From positions 737,921 to 801,920 of the forward strand of contig CAWIRU010000009.1 in assembly GCA_963838705.1 (NCBI GenBank): a stretch of 64,000 nt of DNA, written 5' to 3'. This document shows positions 40,397-49,731 of the stretch, piece by piece (position 1 is the first letter of the stretch; every line of letters starts with the position of its first letter). The stretch comes from an uncultured Acidobacteriota bacterium. Its GTDB lineage: Bacteria > Acidobacteriota > Terriglobia > Acidiferrales > UBA7541. The notes under the pieces were generated by a model. The model saw nothing but the letters and a program-made list of their open reading frames with translations. It did not search any database and was not told the DNA's origin. The position numbers and the translations under genes were made by a program.

Positions 40397-40412
40397 CGCG
40401 GACCGGGCGCGA

Positions 40413-41042
40413 GTGAATCGAAATCAGCTTCAAACCATCCGGCTGATCATCATCGTCATCATCATTTTGATTTTTATTTTCTACCGGCTGCGCCCGGCGC
40501 TGCGAAAGACCGGCATCGCGCCGCAACAAATCAATTGCGGCGCGCCGTGCGGCGAGGAGCGCTGGGCGGTAAAGACTTTGACCGATGCCGATGCGGCCAG
40601 AGTCAATTTCAGCCCGCAATCCACGACGGTTGATTGGCTCGTATCGCAGTCCGCGCCCGGGTATTTGCCCGCGGACGCGCGCATCGCGCCCATCGAAACG
40701 CAAACGTACGCGGTCCGCGCGCGGCTCGTCGGTTTCAAGCTCGAAGAAGATCGCGACATTCACATCGTCATCGCCGATCTCGATAATTCCAGCGAGACGA
40801 TGATCGTCGAGATTCCTTCAGCCGATTGTTCCGGCGTCTGCGCTTCTCCCCGCGTCGGCGACATTGACTCCGCGCGCAATTCTTTCGAATCCGCTTTCGG
40901 AAAGCCCATCGAGCGATTTCACCGCACCGGCGGAATCGTCCGCGTCACCGGCGTTGCGTTCTTCGATTTCCTGCATCATCAGACCGGCGTCGCGCCGAAC
41001 GGAATCGAACTTCATCCGGTCCTGAGCATTCAGACCGAGTAA
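40413..41042 (+). CDS. Hypothetical membrane-anchored protein (one N-terminal TM helix, Cys-containing extracytoplasmic domain)
   Basis: In-frame GTG at 40413 just after the TPR stop. TM helix LIIIVIIILIFIFY. No recognisable domain. Confidence 0.45.
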   Translation: MNRNQLQTIRLIIIVIIILIFIFYRLRPALRKTGIAPQQINCGAPCGEERWAVKTLTDADAARVNFSPQSTTVDWLVSQSAPGYLPADARIAPIETQTYAVRARLVGFKLEEDRDIHIVIADLDNSSETMIVEIPSADCSGVCASPRVGDIDSARNSFESAFGKPIERFHRTGGIVRVTGVAFFDFLHHQTGVAPNGIELHPVLSIQTE

Positions 41043-41062
41043 TCAGAGAAGGAGAAAATCGA

Positions 41063-41953
41063 GTGCCTCGAGCAGAAGCCGCGCGCGCCATCGCTCAATG
41101 GCGAGACTTGGTATCGAAGCCTCACGAAACGATCGCGCAGGCGCGCGAGCTTGTTGAGGAATTTTACGCGCAATTCCCTGTGCCTGCGGACGTGAGCGTC
41201 GAGCATGTCTCGATCGCGAAAGCTTCCGCCGATTGGGTCGCGACACCGGGCGCGAATGCCGATCGCGCCGTGCTGTATCTTCACGGCGGCGCGTACGTTC
41301 TCTGCTCCGCTCATGCGTATCGCGAGATGACATCGCGAATCGCGCGCGCTGCCGCCGCGCGAACGCTGGTGCTCGACTATCGTCTCGCGCCCGAGCATCC
41401 GTTTCCCGCGGCGATCGGAGATGCTGTCGCGGCGTACGAGTTCATCCTCGCTCAGGGAATCAAGCCGTCGAACATCGCGATCGTCGGAGATTCCGCCGGC
41501 GGAGGACTTACGCTCGCGACGCTCGTCACGCTTCGCGATACCGGCTCGCCACTGCCCGCGTGCGCGGTTTGCATTTCACCGTGGATTGATCTCGAGTGCG
41601 CCGGCGGAACGATGGAAACAAAAGCCGCAGTCGATCCGCTCTGCACGCGCGAGTCGCTGATTGACGAGGCGCGGCTCTATCTCGCTGGCGCGAATCCGCG
41701 CAACCCTCTGGCCTCTCCGCTCTACGCCGACTTGCGCGGGCTTCCGCCGCTGCTCATACAAGTGGGGACGGAAGAAACGCTGCTCGACGATGCTTACAGG
41801 CTGGAAGAGCGCGCGAAAAATGCGGGAGTGCGCGTGACGCTCGATGTGTTCGAAGATATGCCGCACGTGTGGCACGTCTTCGCGTCGTACTTGCCGGAAG
41901 CGCAGCAGGCCATCGATCGAATCGGAGAATTCGTTCGCACACACACGGACTAG
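41063..41953 (+). CDS. Alpha/beta hydrolase fold-3 (HSL-family) esterase/lipase
   Basis: LYLHGGAY (HGG oxyanion motif). GDSAGG nucleophile elbow. Catalytic His near the C-terminus (DMPHVWH). Confidence 0.8.
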   Translation: MPRAEAARAIAQWRDLVSKPHETIAQARELVEEFYAQFPVPADVSVEHVSIAKASADWVATPGANADRAVLYLHGGAYVLCSAHAYREMTSRIARAAAARTLVLDYRLAPEHPFPAAIGDAVAAYEFILAQGIKPSNIAIVGDSAGGGLTLATLVTLRDTGSPLPACAVCISPWIDLECAGGTMETKAAVDPLCTRESLIDEARLYLAGANPRNPLASPLYADLRGLPPLLIQVGTEETLLDDAYRLEERAKNAGVRVTLDVFEDMPHVWHVFASYLPEAQQAIDRIGEFVRTHTD

Positions 41954-42011
41954 CCTGGCTGACACCGCTGGGAAAATTGCTGGAATTCGACCCGCGTTGA
42001 AAAATGTTCGC

Positions 42012-42383
42012 CTAAACAGCGGTCGCGGGCTGGAGCTTGGATTCGACTTTCGCGGCGTAAACGTGCCAGAAATTCCCCGAAGGCTTCATGAACTCGATTC
42101 CGATCTTTGTCCGTCCGCCCTGCTTGGACCAGACGTGAACGACGCGGCACTCGCGCTCTTCCTGCGTGAAGCTGTTGACGACGAGAATTCTTTGGCCCTT
42201 CTCGAGGTCGGCCGTCACCGAAATTCGCGCACCGTGTGCGTCCACGTTCATCGTGGTCGTGTGATCGCGAAACGGTTGATCGTCCGGCGTGCGTCCGTAG
42301 ACGACAACCGGAATGTGAAGGGGGAATCTGCGGCTGCGGCGAACGTAGTCGCGCGCTTTCGACTTCTTTACAGGAGTCGCCAT
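42012..42383 (-). CDS. Stand-alone PilZ-domain protein (putative c-di-GMP receptor)
   Basis: RRSRRF (RxxxR) followed by MNVDAHGARI (DxSxxG-like), at PilZ-typical spacing. Confidence 0.6.
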   Translation of the reverse strand: MATPVKKSKARDYVRRSRRFPLHIPVVVYGRTPDDQPFRDHTTTMNVDAHGARISVTADLEKGQRILVVNSFTQEERECRVVHVWSKQGGRTKIGIEFMKPSGNFWHVYAAKVESKLQPATAV

Positions 42384-42709
42384 AGCCTAAACACGATAAC
42401 GCTGTGCAAGAGCCGGCGCAAGGGTGCGTATCCGAAACGGCAACTTCTCGTGCGGGCCGGCTGGACGTGAACTTCGGTTCGGGAGTGCTTGTACAGTTGA
42501 CGTGTGACGCCGTTCGTAGGACGTGCAAAGCGCGGAGGGGCCGCATCTTCGTAACTTACTGATTCCTCACGTCAAATGGGCTAGAATGAAACAACTTGGA
42601 CGCGTATTATGGCATCTGTACAGTTTCTAGGTGGACTTTGGGCTCTCAATTCGGGTCAAATAGAGGTAAGCAGATTGGCAGGCAGCAATCACTTGGGAGG
42701 GGAAATCCC

Positions 42710-43324
42710 GTGCGACGATTTCTTCTGATATTCGCGATCAGCATGATCGTAAGCGTTGGCGCCAATGCCCAAATTCATCCAGCAACTTCGGCAATTGCGA
42801 GCGCTTCGCCTAGCCTTGCTCCGCCACTTCCCAGCGGAAGCGGTGATGGCTCGATTGTCAGCAGCGCATTTGAAGGACCATCCCGTTTCGAAGCGAGTAT
42901 CGAATATAGCTGGACTCACGCAGAAGCAGCGCCGAATCTCAATTTCAACGTGAATGGGTTCGTCGGAGCGATTTCCTGGTTTTTCAACAGAGACATCGGC
43001 GCCGAAGGGCAATTGCTCGGCGGATGGGGCGGCGCGCCCACGAACGCGAAACTCGCCTTCGCCGGCGGCGGAGTCCACGCGCGCTTTAATCAGACGAACA
43101 AACTTCAGCCGTGGATACACGGCTTGATCGGCCACGCCCATCTGCATCCTCAAACGCTTTATGGCGGCCAGGGTTCGTTTGCGTGGGAGGCAGGCGGCGG
43201 CGTTGACTACAGGCTCATTACGTGGCTTTCGCTGCGCGTCGGTGCCGACGCTCTCGGCACGCGATTTTTCGGTACGGACCAGGTCAGCCCGGTCGTTCAC
43301 GCCGGCGTCGTGTTCAATTTCTAG
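42710..43324 (+). CDS. Small outer-membrane beta-barrel protein (OmpA-like beta-barrel / porin family)
   Basis: Signal peptide VRRFLLIFAISMIVSVGANAQ. Alternating amphipathic beta-strands. C-terminal aromatic residue (VVFNF). The start is set at the in-frame GTG. Confidence 0.6.
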   Translation: MRRFLLIFAISMIVSVGANAQIHPATSAIASASPSLAPPLPSGSGDGSIVSSAFEGPSRFEASIEYSWTHAEAAPNLNFNVNGFVGAISWFFNRDIGAEGQLLGGWGGAPTNAKLAFAGGGVHARFNQTNKLQPWIHGLIGHAHLHPQTLYGGQGSFAWEAGGGVDYRLITWLSLRVGADALGTRFFGTDQVSPVVHAGVVFNF

Positions 43325-43544
43325 CGCCGGCGGTCGCAATGTGTCAGTGTCTTGTTGGTGCGGCCGGTTAAGCCCGGTCGCAGAATTTTCCGCGCCAACT
43401 TTTCGGGGGACGAGTTGCCGCGTAATGTCCGCTTAAACGCTTGCTAGTCCTAGGACTTAACTAGTTTCTCAAAACCAAGTGCCTTGACCGTTGAGATGGT
43501 TGCTGACGAGCACATAAAATGCCGGCAGCATGGGGGAGTTTCAC

Positions 43545-44570
43545 ATGGTCAGAGTAAGAGTAGAGGCAGGCCCGCGCTACTCGGTGCCTAGAAATCCCAA
43601 TATTCCTGAGCAGCAGCTGGAAGACGTGATCTGCAGCAAAATTCTGGATATTGGCGGGCTGCAGCTGGTTTTCCCGTGCACCGCATGGCGCGACATCGGG
43701 GCGCCGCCACACTCCCGAGGTTGCGTAGGCTGGAAAATCTCCCACGAAGCGGGTCTGCTCTTCTTGCCGAACCAGGAGCCACCGACGGGCGAGGAAGCCG
43801 CCAAGCATGCGGCGAGCGATGGACTCGACACCGCGCTTCCGGGTGTGCCTGAAGTTATCTCGCTCATTTTGGGCGCGGGCATGGCTGGGCCGTGGCTAGA
43901 ACGCGCCAAGCGGGACTCGCCTGACGCCAACATCAAGCTGTACCATCGCATGCTCAAAGACAAAGACAGTTTTTATCTTCCGTATGTGGAGATCGTGGAG
44001 GCGTCCGAGTGCCACACCTCCTCTTTTTTTCAATCGAGACGAACGTTCCTGACGCTCGTGAGGGAAACCGTTGCCGGAGATCGGTCCACCGTTGTGCTGC
44101 GAAGCCTTGGGGACGAAGGCCCTCCTGCCGCTTTCTACCTGAATAATCTGCGGCTCGAGGCCGAAATCAAGCAGCTTGTGGCGATCGCGCGCTTGAACAT
44201 GCTGACGCCGTCGTTCTATGACGATTTTGAGAAGCATTTCGTTTCCCCGTTCGGCGAGAATTGGCGGGAGCATCGGGAAGAGATTTGGGACGGGCTTCAC
44301 AAGGCAATCACCGCTCAACTGCGAAGATTAGATGTTGGTCCCGAAGGATTTGGAGACTCGACGAGTCCCAAGCTGGCCGCGGCGGCGCTGCAACTCCTCG
44401 CGCCTACGCTTCCCGCGTTCGTGCAGTTGTCCCCCGACAATCATCACATCGAAGTGCTTGAAGCTCGCGCGCAGAACAAACCGTGGCCGCCGGCCGCAGC
44501 GCCGAAGCGCGCTTCTGCATTCGATGTAAATGCGAAAAGCAGGGTTGCGACGTCGGGTGGCGCTAGCTGA
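43545..44570 (+). CDS. Hypothetical protein (no recognisable domain) in a locally AT-richer patch
   Basis: Long ORF. A GGGGGAG ribosome-binding site lies 9 nt upstream of the ATG at 43545. Confidence 0.5.
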   Translation: MVRVRVEAGPRYSVPRNPNIPEQQLEDVICSKILDIGGLQLVFPCTAWRDIGAPPHSRGCVGWKISHEAGLLFLPNQEPPTGEEAAKHAASDGLDTALPGVPEVISLILGAGMAGPWLERAKRDSPDANIKLYHRMLKDKDSFYLPYVEIVEASECHTSSFFQSRRTFLTLVRETVAGDRSTVVLRSLGDEGPPAAFYLNNLRLEAEIKQLVAIARLNMLTPSFYDDFEKHFVSPFGENWREHREEIWDGLHKAITAQLRRLDVGPEGFGDSTSPKLAAAALQLLAPTLPAFVQLSPDNHHIEVLEARAQNKPWPPAAAPKRASAFDVNAKSRVATSGGAS

Positions 44571-44678
44571 GATCGCGCTCGCGCCGGATTTTGATTTTGG
44601 CGGATGGATGACGACTACCCGGCGATTTTAATTCGTACTGATGTTATTTCTCTTACTGGCCCGCTAAAATATTTGGAA

Positions 44679-45182
44679 CTAGGATCGGCCCAGCTCTGGA
44701 GCGAAATCGAACGCTTCACGTAGCCAGCCGGTGAGCGGCTCCTCCACTTGGTCAGCGTGAACAAGCTTAAACAGGTTGCAATACCTTGCTTTCTTGGTGG
44801 GGCCGTGCATGGATGTGAGCCCTTCGATTTCACGAGGAAGGAAAATCCATACTTCGAGAAATGTCTTCTTTGGCCTCACAAAGAAATAGCAGACCTTCCT
44901 TGCAAACATGATCGAAAGGGCTGAAGCATAGATTCGCTGAGCGCCAAGACCGGTGGCGAAGGCACGAAGTTTTTGCCAGGCATCACGAAGATCCTCATCC
45001 AGCCCGTCAACCAGCTCTGCTTCGGTGAAGGGTCTTCCATGCTGAGCTTCCAAATGGAGAGTCACCGAGCCTTTTACATTTGAGGGGTTGGAGTGAGGCT
45101 TCCGGGCGGGAGAGCCTTTAGCCGGGGATTTAGACTTTTTCGAAAGCTTGGATTTGTTGAGACGTTTTTCGCTCGCACTCAT
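44679..45182 (-). CDS. Hypothetical protein with a Lys/Ser-rich N-terminus
   Basis: ORF with a basic low-complexity N-terminal tail and a compact C-terminal domain. Family not recognised. Confidence 0.45.
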   Translation of the reverse strand: MSASEKRLNKSKLSKKSKSPAKGSPARKPHSNPSNVKGSVTLHLEAQHGRPFTEAELVDGLDEDLRDAWQKLRAFATGLGAQRIYASALSIMFARKVCYFFVRPKKTFLEVWIFLPREIEGLTSMHGPTKKARYCNLFKLVHADQVEEPLTGWLREAFDFAPELGRS

Positions 45183-45464
45183 TTTTTATGCCCGCCTGGA
45201 CTTGGCGCGTGGTGTAACCTTGTCCCCGTCTTTTTTCTCCGCATAAGGTGAACGGACGCATGATACCACTCCGGTATTTCATCAAGTAGTGGCTTCAATG
45301 CCCCCGCCATTGGGGGATCCGCATGCCTTTAATTTCGGAGGGCGCGGTTCTTCCGGCGTGCGACATTTATTTTTTAATCCTGCTGGCTGCTTGGCGGAAA
45401 AGATTGTTGGGCTGGCAAACCGGCCTTGACACGGCACGGTCTTTAGTACAATGCTGACATTGTC

Positions 45465-45977
45465 ATGAATGACTTATTGGTTTTGCTTCCGCTCTGGGAT
45501 GGGCCGAAGCACGGATACCGGTTGAAGAAAGAAGCCGGACTGATTCTCGGCACGGCGGAGATTCACAATAACATCGTCTATCCGCTGCTCCGCCGATTCA
45601 CGTCTCAGGGGCTCGTCCGCAAGAAAGCCGCGCCCGGCGATCGCGGCCAAAACCGCCAGGTCTACGCTCTCACGCCGCTCGGCCGCAAAACGGTGATCAA
45701 GCGCCTCCGTGAATTCGGCGAGCAGGATTCGCGCTCGCCTGAGGGCTTTTTGCTGCGCGCCGGCATGTTCGGAGTGCTCAAGGCGGCGGATCGAACGCGG
45801 ATTCTTGACGAGCGCGAGCGAGCGCTCCGGGCGCGCGCTGCGTCGCTTTCCCGCATCAAAGACGAACTGAAAGTGGACGCGTTCGGCGGCGAGGTGATTC
45901 GTTATCTTCTCGAACGAATTCATATCGAATCAATATGGATCAATCGCCTGCGGCGAATGAACAGGAGGAAGCGATGA
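45465..45977 (+). CDS. PadR-family transcriptional regulator
   Basis: LLVLLPLWDGPKHGYRLKKEAGLILGTAEIHNNIVYPLLRRFTSQGLV: PadR winged-helix signature. Confidence 0.8.
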   Translation: MNDLLVLLPLWDGPKHGYRLKKEAGLILGTAEIHNNIVYPLLRRFTSQGLVRKKAAPGDRGQNRQVYALTPLGRKTVIKRLREFGEQDSRSPEGFLLRAGMFGVLKAADRTRILDERERALRARAASLSRIKDELKVDAFGGEVIRYLLERIHIESIWINRLRRMNRRKR

Positions 45978-46576
45978 CCCTTCCGCCGGCATTTCAAATC
46001 ACCGAATACCTATGGGCGGCGCTGGGGTTGTATTGGGTGATCAACGCGCGGCAATCGGGCGTGACGAAGACGCCCGAGCCTCACGCGTTTCGCGCGCTTC
46101 GATTTCTGATTCTCGGAACAACGTTTACACTTTTGCTTTCCAGTTGGCTCCGAATCGGGCCATTGGCGTGGCGATTCGTGCCTGACTCTTTTGCAGCTCG
46201 CGCGACCGGCGTCATCATCACGGCCGCGGGCATCGGCGTGACGGTCTGGGCGCGCATTTGCCTCGGCCGAAATTGGAGCGACAAAGTCGTGATCAAAGAG
46301 GATCACGAACTCGTTCGCTCTGGGCCGTATGCTTACATGCGGCATCCGATTTATTCCGGAGTGTTGCTCGGAGTTGCGGGCACGGCGCTGGCGATCGGAG
46401 AGTGGCGCGGCGTCGTTGCGTTTGCGCTGCTTTTCACTACGTATGCGATCAAGGCCAAGAAGGAAGAGCGCGTGCTCAGAGGCGCGTTCGGCGCGGCGTT
46501 CGAAGAGCACGCGCGGCAGACGGGATTTCTCCTGCCTCGCATTCATTTCAAATCGCAAGGACTACAGACGCGATAG
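45974..46576 (+). CDS. Isoprenylcysteine carboxyl methyltransferase (ICMT)-family membrane methyltransferase, ATGA-coupled to padR
   Basis: VRSGPYAYMRHPIYSGVLL and C-terminal EERVLRGAFGAAFEEHARQTG motifs of the ICMT/PEMT family. 4-5 TM helices. Confidence 0.75.
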   Translation: MTLPPAFQITEYLWAALGLYWVINARQSGVTKTPEPHAFRALRFLILGTTFTLLLSSWLRIGPLAWRFVPDSFAARATGVIITAAGIGVTVWARICLGRNWSDKVVIKEDHELVRSGPYAYMRHPIYSGVLLGVAGTALAIGEWRGVVAFALLFTTYAIKAKKEERVLRGAFGAAFEEHARQTGFLLPRIHFKSQGLQTR

Positions 46577-46713
46577 ATCGTGAGCCCTCGCGGCGCTGCC
46601 TAGATGGGACGGGGAAGCTCGCGAAAGACCGGCGATTCGCGCTTTTCGATTCCCGCTGTCGTTGTTAGACTATTTAATCTAATTTCCAGCTAAATCCATT
46701 CAAAGGAATAAAA

Positions 46714-47769
46714 ATGAAGAAAATGCTTTGCGCCATCGCTGTCGTTTTGGCCGCCGCGTTCGTGGCCGGCGCGGACACGGTGGCTCTGAAAAATGGAGAT
46801 CATTTGACCGGAACGGTCGTGAAATCGGACGGCAAACAACTGACGCTGAAAACCGACTTCGCCGGGGAGATCAATATTCAGTGGTCGAAAGTAGCGGAAC
46901 TGGCTACGGAAAAGCCAGTCTACGTTGTCACGCCGGACAATAAGGTTGTCAGCGGCACCGTCACTACGCAAGGCCCGGATCTCGTCGTTGCGACGACGAG
47001 CGCGGGTGCCGTGCACATTCCGCTCACGAGCGTCGGCGTTGTGCGCTCGGAAAGCGAGCAGGCCACTTACAGTCACCTGCAGCACCCCGGACTGCTTGAG
47101 GACTGGAATGTTGGCGCGAATGTCGGCTTCGCACTCGCGCGAGGCAACAGCGATACGACGAATCTATCGATCGGATTCACGTCGGCGCGCACGACCTTGC
47201 GCGACAAAATTTCGGCGTATGCGAGCTCGATTTACGCGCAGAGCAGCGTCGCCGGCGTCTCGAGCGTCACGGCCGACGACGTGCGGGGCGGCGCGCGCTA
47301 CGATCGCAATATTTCCTCGCGCCTTTTCGGTTTTGGGAGCGCCGACTTCGAATACAACTCGCCTCAAGATCTCGATCTCCGCGGGATTTACACCGGCGGC
47401 TTCGGATTCAAGGCGATCAAGAACGATGCGACTTCGCTCGATTTTCTCGTGGGCGCGAACTACACGCGTGAAGCGTATTCGACCGGCTTGGACCGCAACA
47501 TCGCGGGATTGACGCTTGGCGAGGATTTCACGCACAAGTTCGGCAAGTCCACGACGCTCACGGAGCAATATCTGATCTATCCGGAGCTTTCGGGCGGGGA
47601 TTTCGGGCAGTATCGGTTCGCGTTCGATATGGCGGTGACGACGAAGATCAGCAAGTGGCTTGGATGGCAGACGACGGCGAGCGACCGCTATCTGAGCAAT
47701 ACGATTCCCGGCACGAAGACGAATGATTTGATTTTGACGACGGGGCTCACGGTGGCGTTCACGCACTAA
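46714..47769 (+). CDS. DUF481-family outer-membrane beta-barrel protein (YdiY-like)
   Basis: Signal peptide. Salt-induced outer-membrane protein-like pattern. C-terminal LTVAFTH aromatic end. Confidence 0.65.
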   Translation: MKKMLCAIAVVLAAAFVAGADTVALKNGDHLTGTVVKSDGKQLTLKTDFAGEINIQWSKVAELATEKPVYVVTPDNKVVSGTVTTQGPDLVVATTSAGAVHIPLTSVGVVRSESEQATYSHLQHPGLLEDWNVGANVGFALARGNSDTTNLSIGFTSARTTLRDKISAYASSIYAQSSVAGVSSVTADDVRGGARYDRNISSRLFGFGSADFEYNSPQDLDLRGIYTGGFGFKAIKNDATSLDFLVGANYTREAYSTGLDRNIAGLTLGEDFTHKFGKSTTLTEQYLIYPELSGGDFGQYRFAFDMAVTTKISKWLGWQTTASDRYLSNTIPGTKTNDLILTTGLTVAFTH

Positions 47770-47870
47770 AGGCGCATGGATGCCAATGGGCCGAGGTTTC
47801 GCGAGGCAGGGGCCTCCCGGCTTCGGGCCAGTCGAAATGAGGCTCGCCCGAACTCAATGACCGTACTTCT

Positions 47871-49091
47871 CTAGTCTCCAGACTGACGCGCGGCGCTTGG
47901 CGGTTGCGAGTGGAGAAATGAGAGGAGCGCGAGGGGCCAGAGGAGGGGCACCACGCGGGCCAGGGCTTCCATCACATCGCGGCCTTGGCGGGGGCCGGAG
48001 GGCGTTATGACGAACAGGCGCTCGCGATTTGTTTCTGGAGGAATATTGTATTGAGTTTGCGCGGCGTGCAGATCGATGAACGATAGAGAGTGAAAGATGT
48101 CGAGCGCGCGCAGCACGTTTGTGATTCTTTGGAGCCGTTCGGAGTTGGCGTCGTATATCAGCGTCACCGGCGCACCGAGATGCGCGGCTGCGCGGCGGCT
48201 AATCCAAGTCCAGGCTCGCTCCATGTCGGCGGGGTAGATAAACAGAACGTATGCCGACAGAACATCCCATTGGAACATCGGAGTGTTCAGGGAGTATTCG
48301 AGACACAGATGGAAAAATAATCCGAGCGCCAGAAGAATGTACCGCAGATCCTTAATCCAAATCAGAACGCCTAAAGAGAATTCCAACACCAGGGCCCACC
48401 AAGTCGCCAACTTCAGTATCGCCGGGCGGAGAAACCACGAGGGCAGAGGGAAACGGCGAAGCTGATCGAGATGATAGACATAATAGAGCGCCGTTCCGTT
48501 GATCCACGGGGCGCCCTGTATCTTCCAGCAAAAAGACGCGAAATACAGGACTGACAATTCAAACTGAATCATGCGCTGCGCCCACGGGCTGCGCGGTTGT
48601 AGTTCAGCGCCTTCCCTCCCCCGCCAAATCCGGACGAGGCGATCCACGGAAAGAGCCGCACCGGCGGGCGCGAACATCAGGAAGAAGCCTGCCAGCCGCA
48701 AGAAAGTATCTCCGCCATGAGTGATATAGAGATTTCTTTGCTGTATCGAGGCGAGGCCGATAAATACGATTATGGAATTCAGGCGGCTGAGGAAACCGAT
48801 CGTCAGGAGCATCGCCGACGTCAGAATGATCCAGAATACGGCGTTGATCCACGAGTCCGTTTGCGGGATGACCGTGAACACATTGAGGCGCATTCCCGGT
48901 TCAAGTTTCTGCATGGTGGAGAGTGATACCCACGCATGCGGGCCATACCAAGCGAGCCAGTCAGGCCGAAGCAATAGAAGAGTGGCGATGACCAGCAGGC
49001 CATAGATAATCCGAAACAGCGCGATGGGAATGGGCGATTGCGGCGTGAAGAAAAAATCATTCCACGCGTCGAGCAGGGATCTGAATCTCAC
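47871..49091 (-). CDS. HTTM-domain membrane protein (vitamin K-dependent gamma-carboxylase-like horizontally transferred TM domain) with a C-terminal DUF393-like extension lacking the CxxC
   Basis: N-terminal FFTPQSPIPIALFRIIYGLLV and multi-TM core typical of HTTM. C-terminal TLIYDANSERLQRI resembles DCC thiol-disulfide oxidoreductase (DUF393) with Cys replaced. Confidence 0.6.
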   Translation of the reverse strand: MRFRSLLDAWNDFFFTPQSPIPIALFRIIYGLLVIATLLLLRPDWLAWYGPHAWVSLSTMQKLEPGMRLNVFTVIPQTDSWINAVFWIILTSAMLLTIGFLSRLNSIIVFIGLASIQQRNLYITHGGDTFLRLAGFFLMFAPAGAALSVDRLVRIWRGREGAELQPRSPWAQRMIQFELSVLYFASFCWKIQGAPWINGTALYYVYHLDQLRRFPLPSWFLRPAILKLATWWALVLEFSLGVLIWIKDLRYILLALGLFFHLCLEYSLNTPMFQWDVLSAYVLFIYPADMERAWTWISRRAAAHLGAPVTLIYDANSERLQRITNVLRALDIFHSLSFIDLHAAQTQYNIPPETNRERLFVITPSGPRQGRDVMEALARVVPLLWPLALLSFLHSQPPSAARQSGD

Positions 49092-49672
49092 TTCAAATCC
49101 TCAGGATTGACGTGATAGCTGTAGAAAACATTTACATCCCAAGCGCCGCGATCATAGCCGCCGTCCGTGCGCGGAATTATGTCCGACCATCGCACGACCA
49201 GTAAGACCGACTGTGCGGGATTCGAGGAGTCGCTGGTCAGCCGCGCAATGTGGCGTGCCGCGTCCGGCCACAACGGGGCGAAATCATTATTTTGGAGATT
49301 GTCCTCGTACTTGCGGTAGCGCTCCTTGGAGTAGCGCTCGGCTAGGGTGAGGTCCTCCATTCGCGGAAACGACCACAATTGAGAGGAACGGTTCTTGTAG
49401 AGAACGATCGCTTCCATATAGGAGTTCATTGATTTCGGATTCGGCGCAAACATATCCCAGGATTGAAAGAGGCCGGACCAGATGAAATATGGGCGTATCG
49501 CGTTTTTGCCAATCGCGACGAGCGGGCTGCTGACCGGGATGGACCAGCAAGCGATGGCAAGGATGTGGAAGATCAAAAACGCGTTGATGGCGATGTATTT
49601 TACGCGCTGCATCGCGCCGGCGCGCTTTGGCGGATTGCGATTGGCCTTGGATTCCGGTGTTTGAAAAGCCAT
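49088..49672 (-). CDS. Membrane-anchored hypothetical protein translationally coupled (ATGA) to the HTTM gene
   Basis: TM helix IAINAFLIFHILAIACWSIPV. The 4-nt overlap with the downstream HTTM gene suggests a two-gene operon. Confidence 0.55.
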   Translation of the reverse strand: MAFQTPESKANRNPPKRAGAMQRVKYIAINAFLIFHILAIACWSIPVSSPLVAIGKNAIRPYFIWSGLFQSWDMFAPNPKSMNSYMEAIVLYKNRSSQLWSFPRMEDLTLAERYSKERYRKYEDNLQNNDFAPLWPDAARHIARLTSDSSNPAQSVLLVVRWSDIIPRTDGGYDRGAWDVNVFYSYHVNPEDLK

Positions 49673-49731
49673 GAGTTACCTTTTATAGATAGGCGGCTTC
49701 GTCGTTTCGCTCCACTCTGCTAGTTAGATGA

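Noticed and set aside
40332-40412. ATG start at 40332 for the membrane protein
   Set aside because: It would overlap the last 21 codons of the TPR gene. The in-frame GTG at 40413, just after the TPR stop and before the TM helix, is more plausible.
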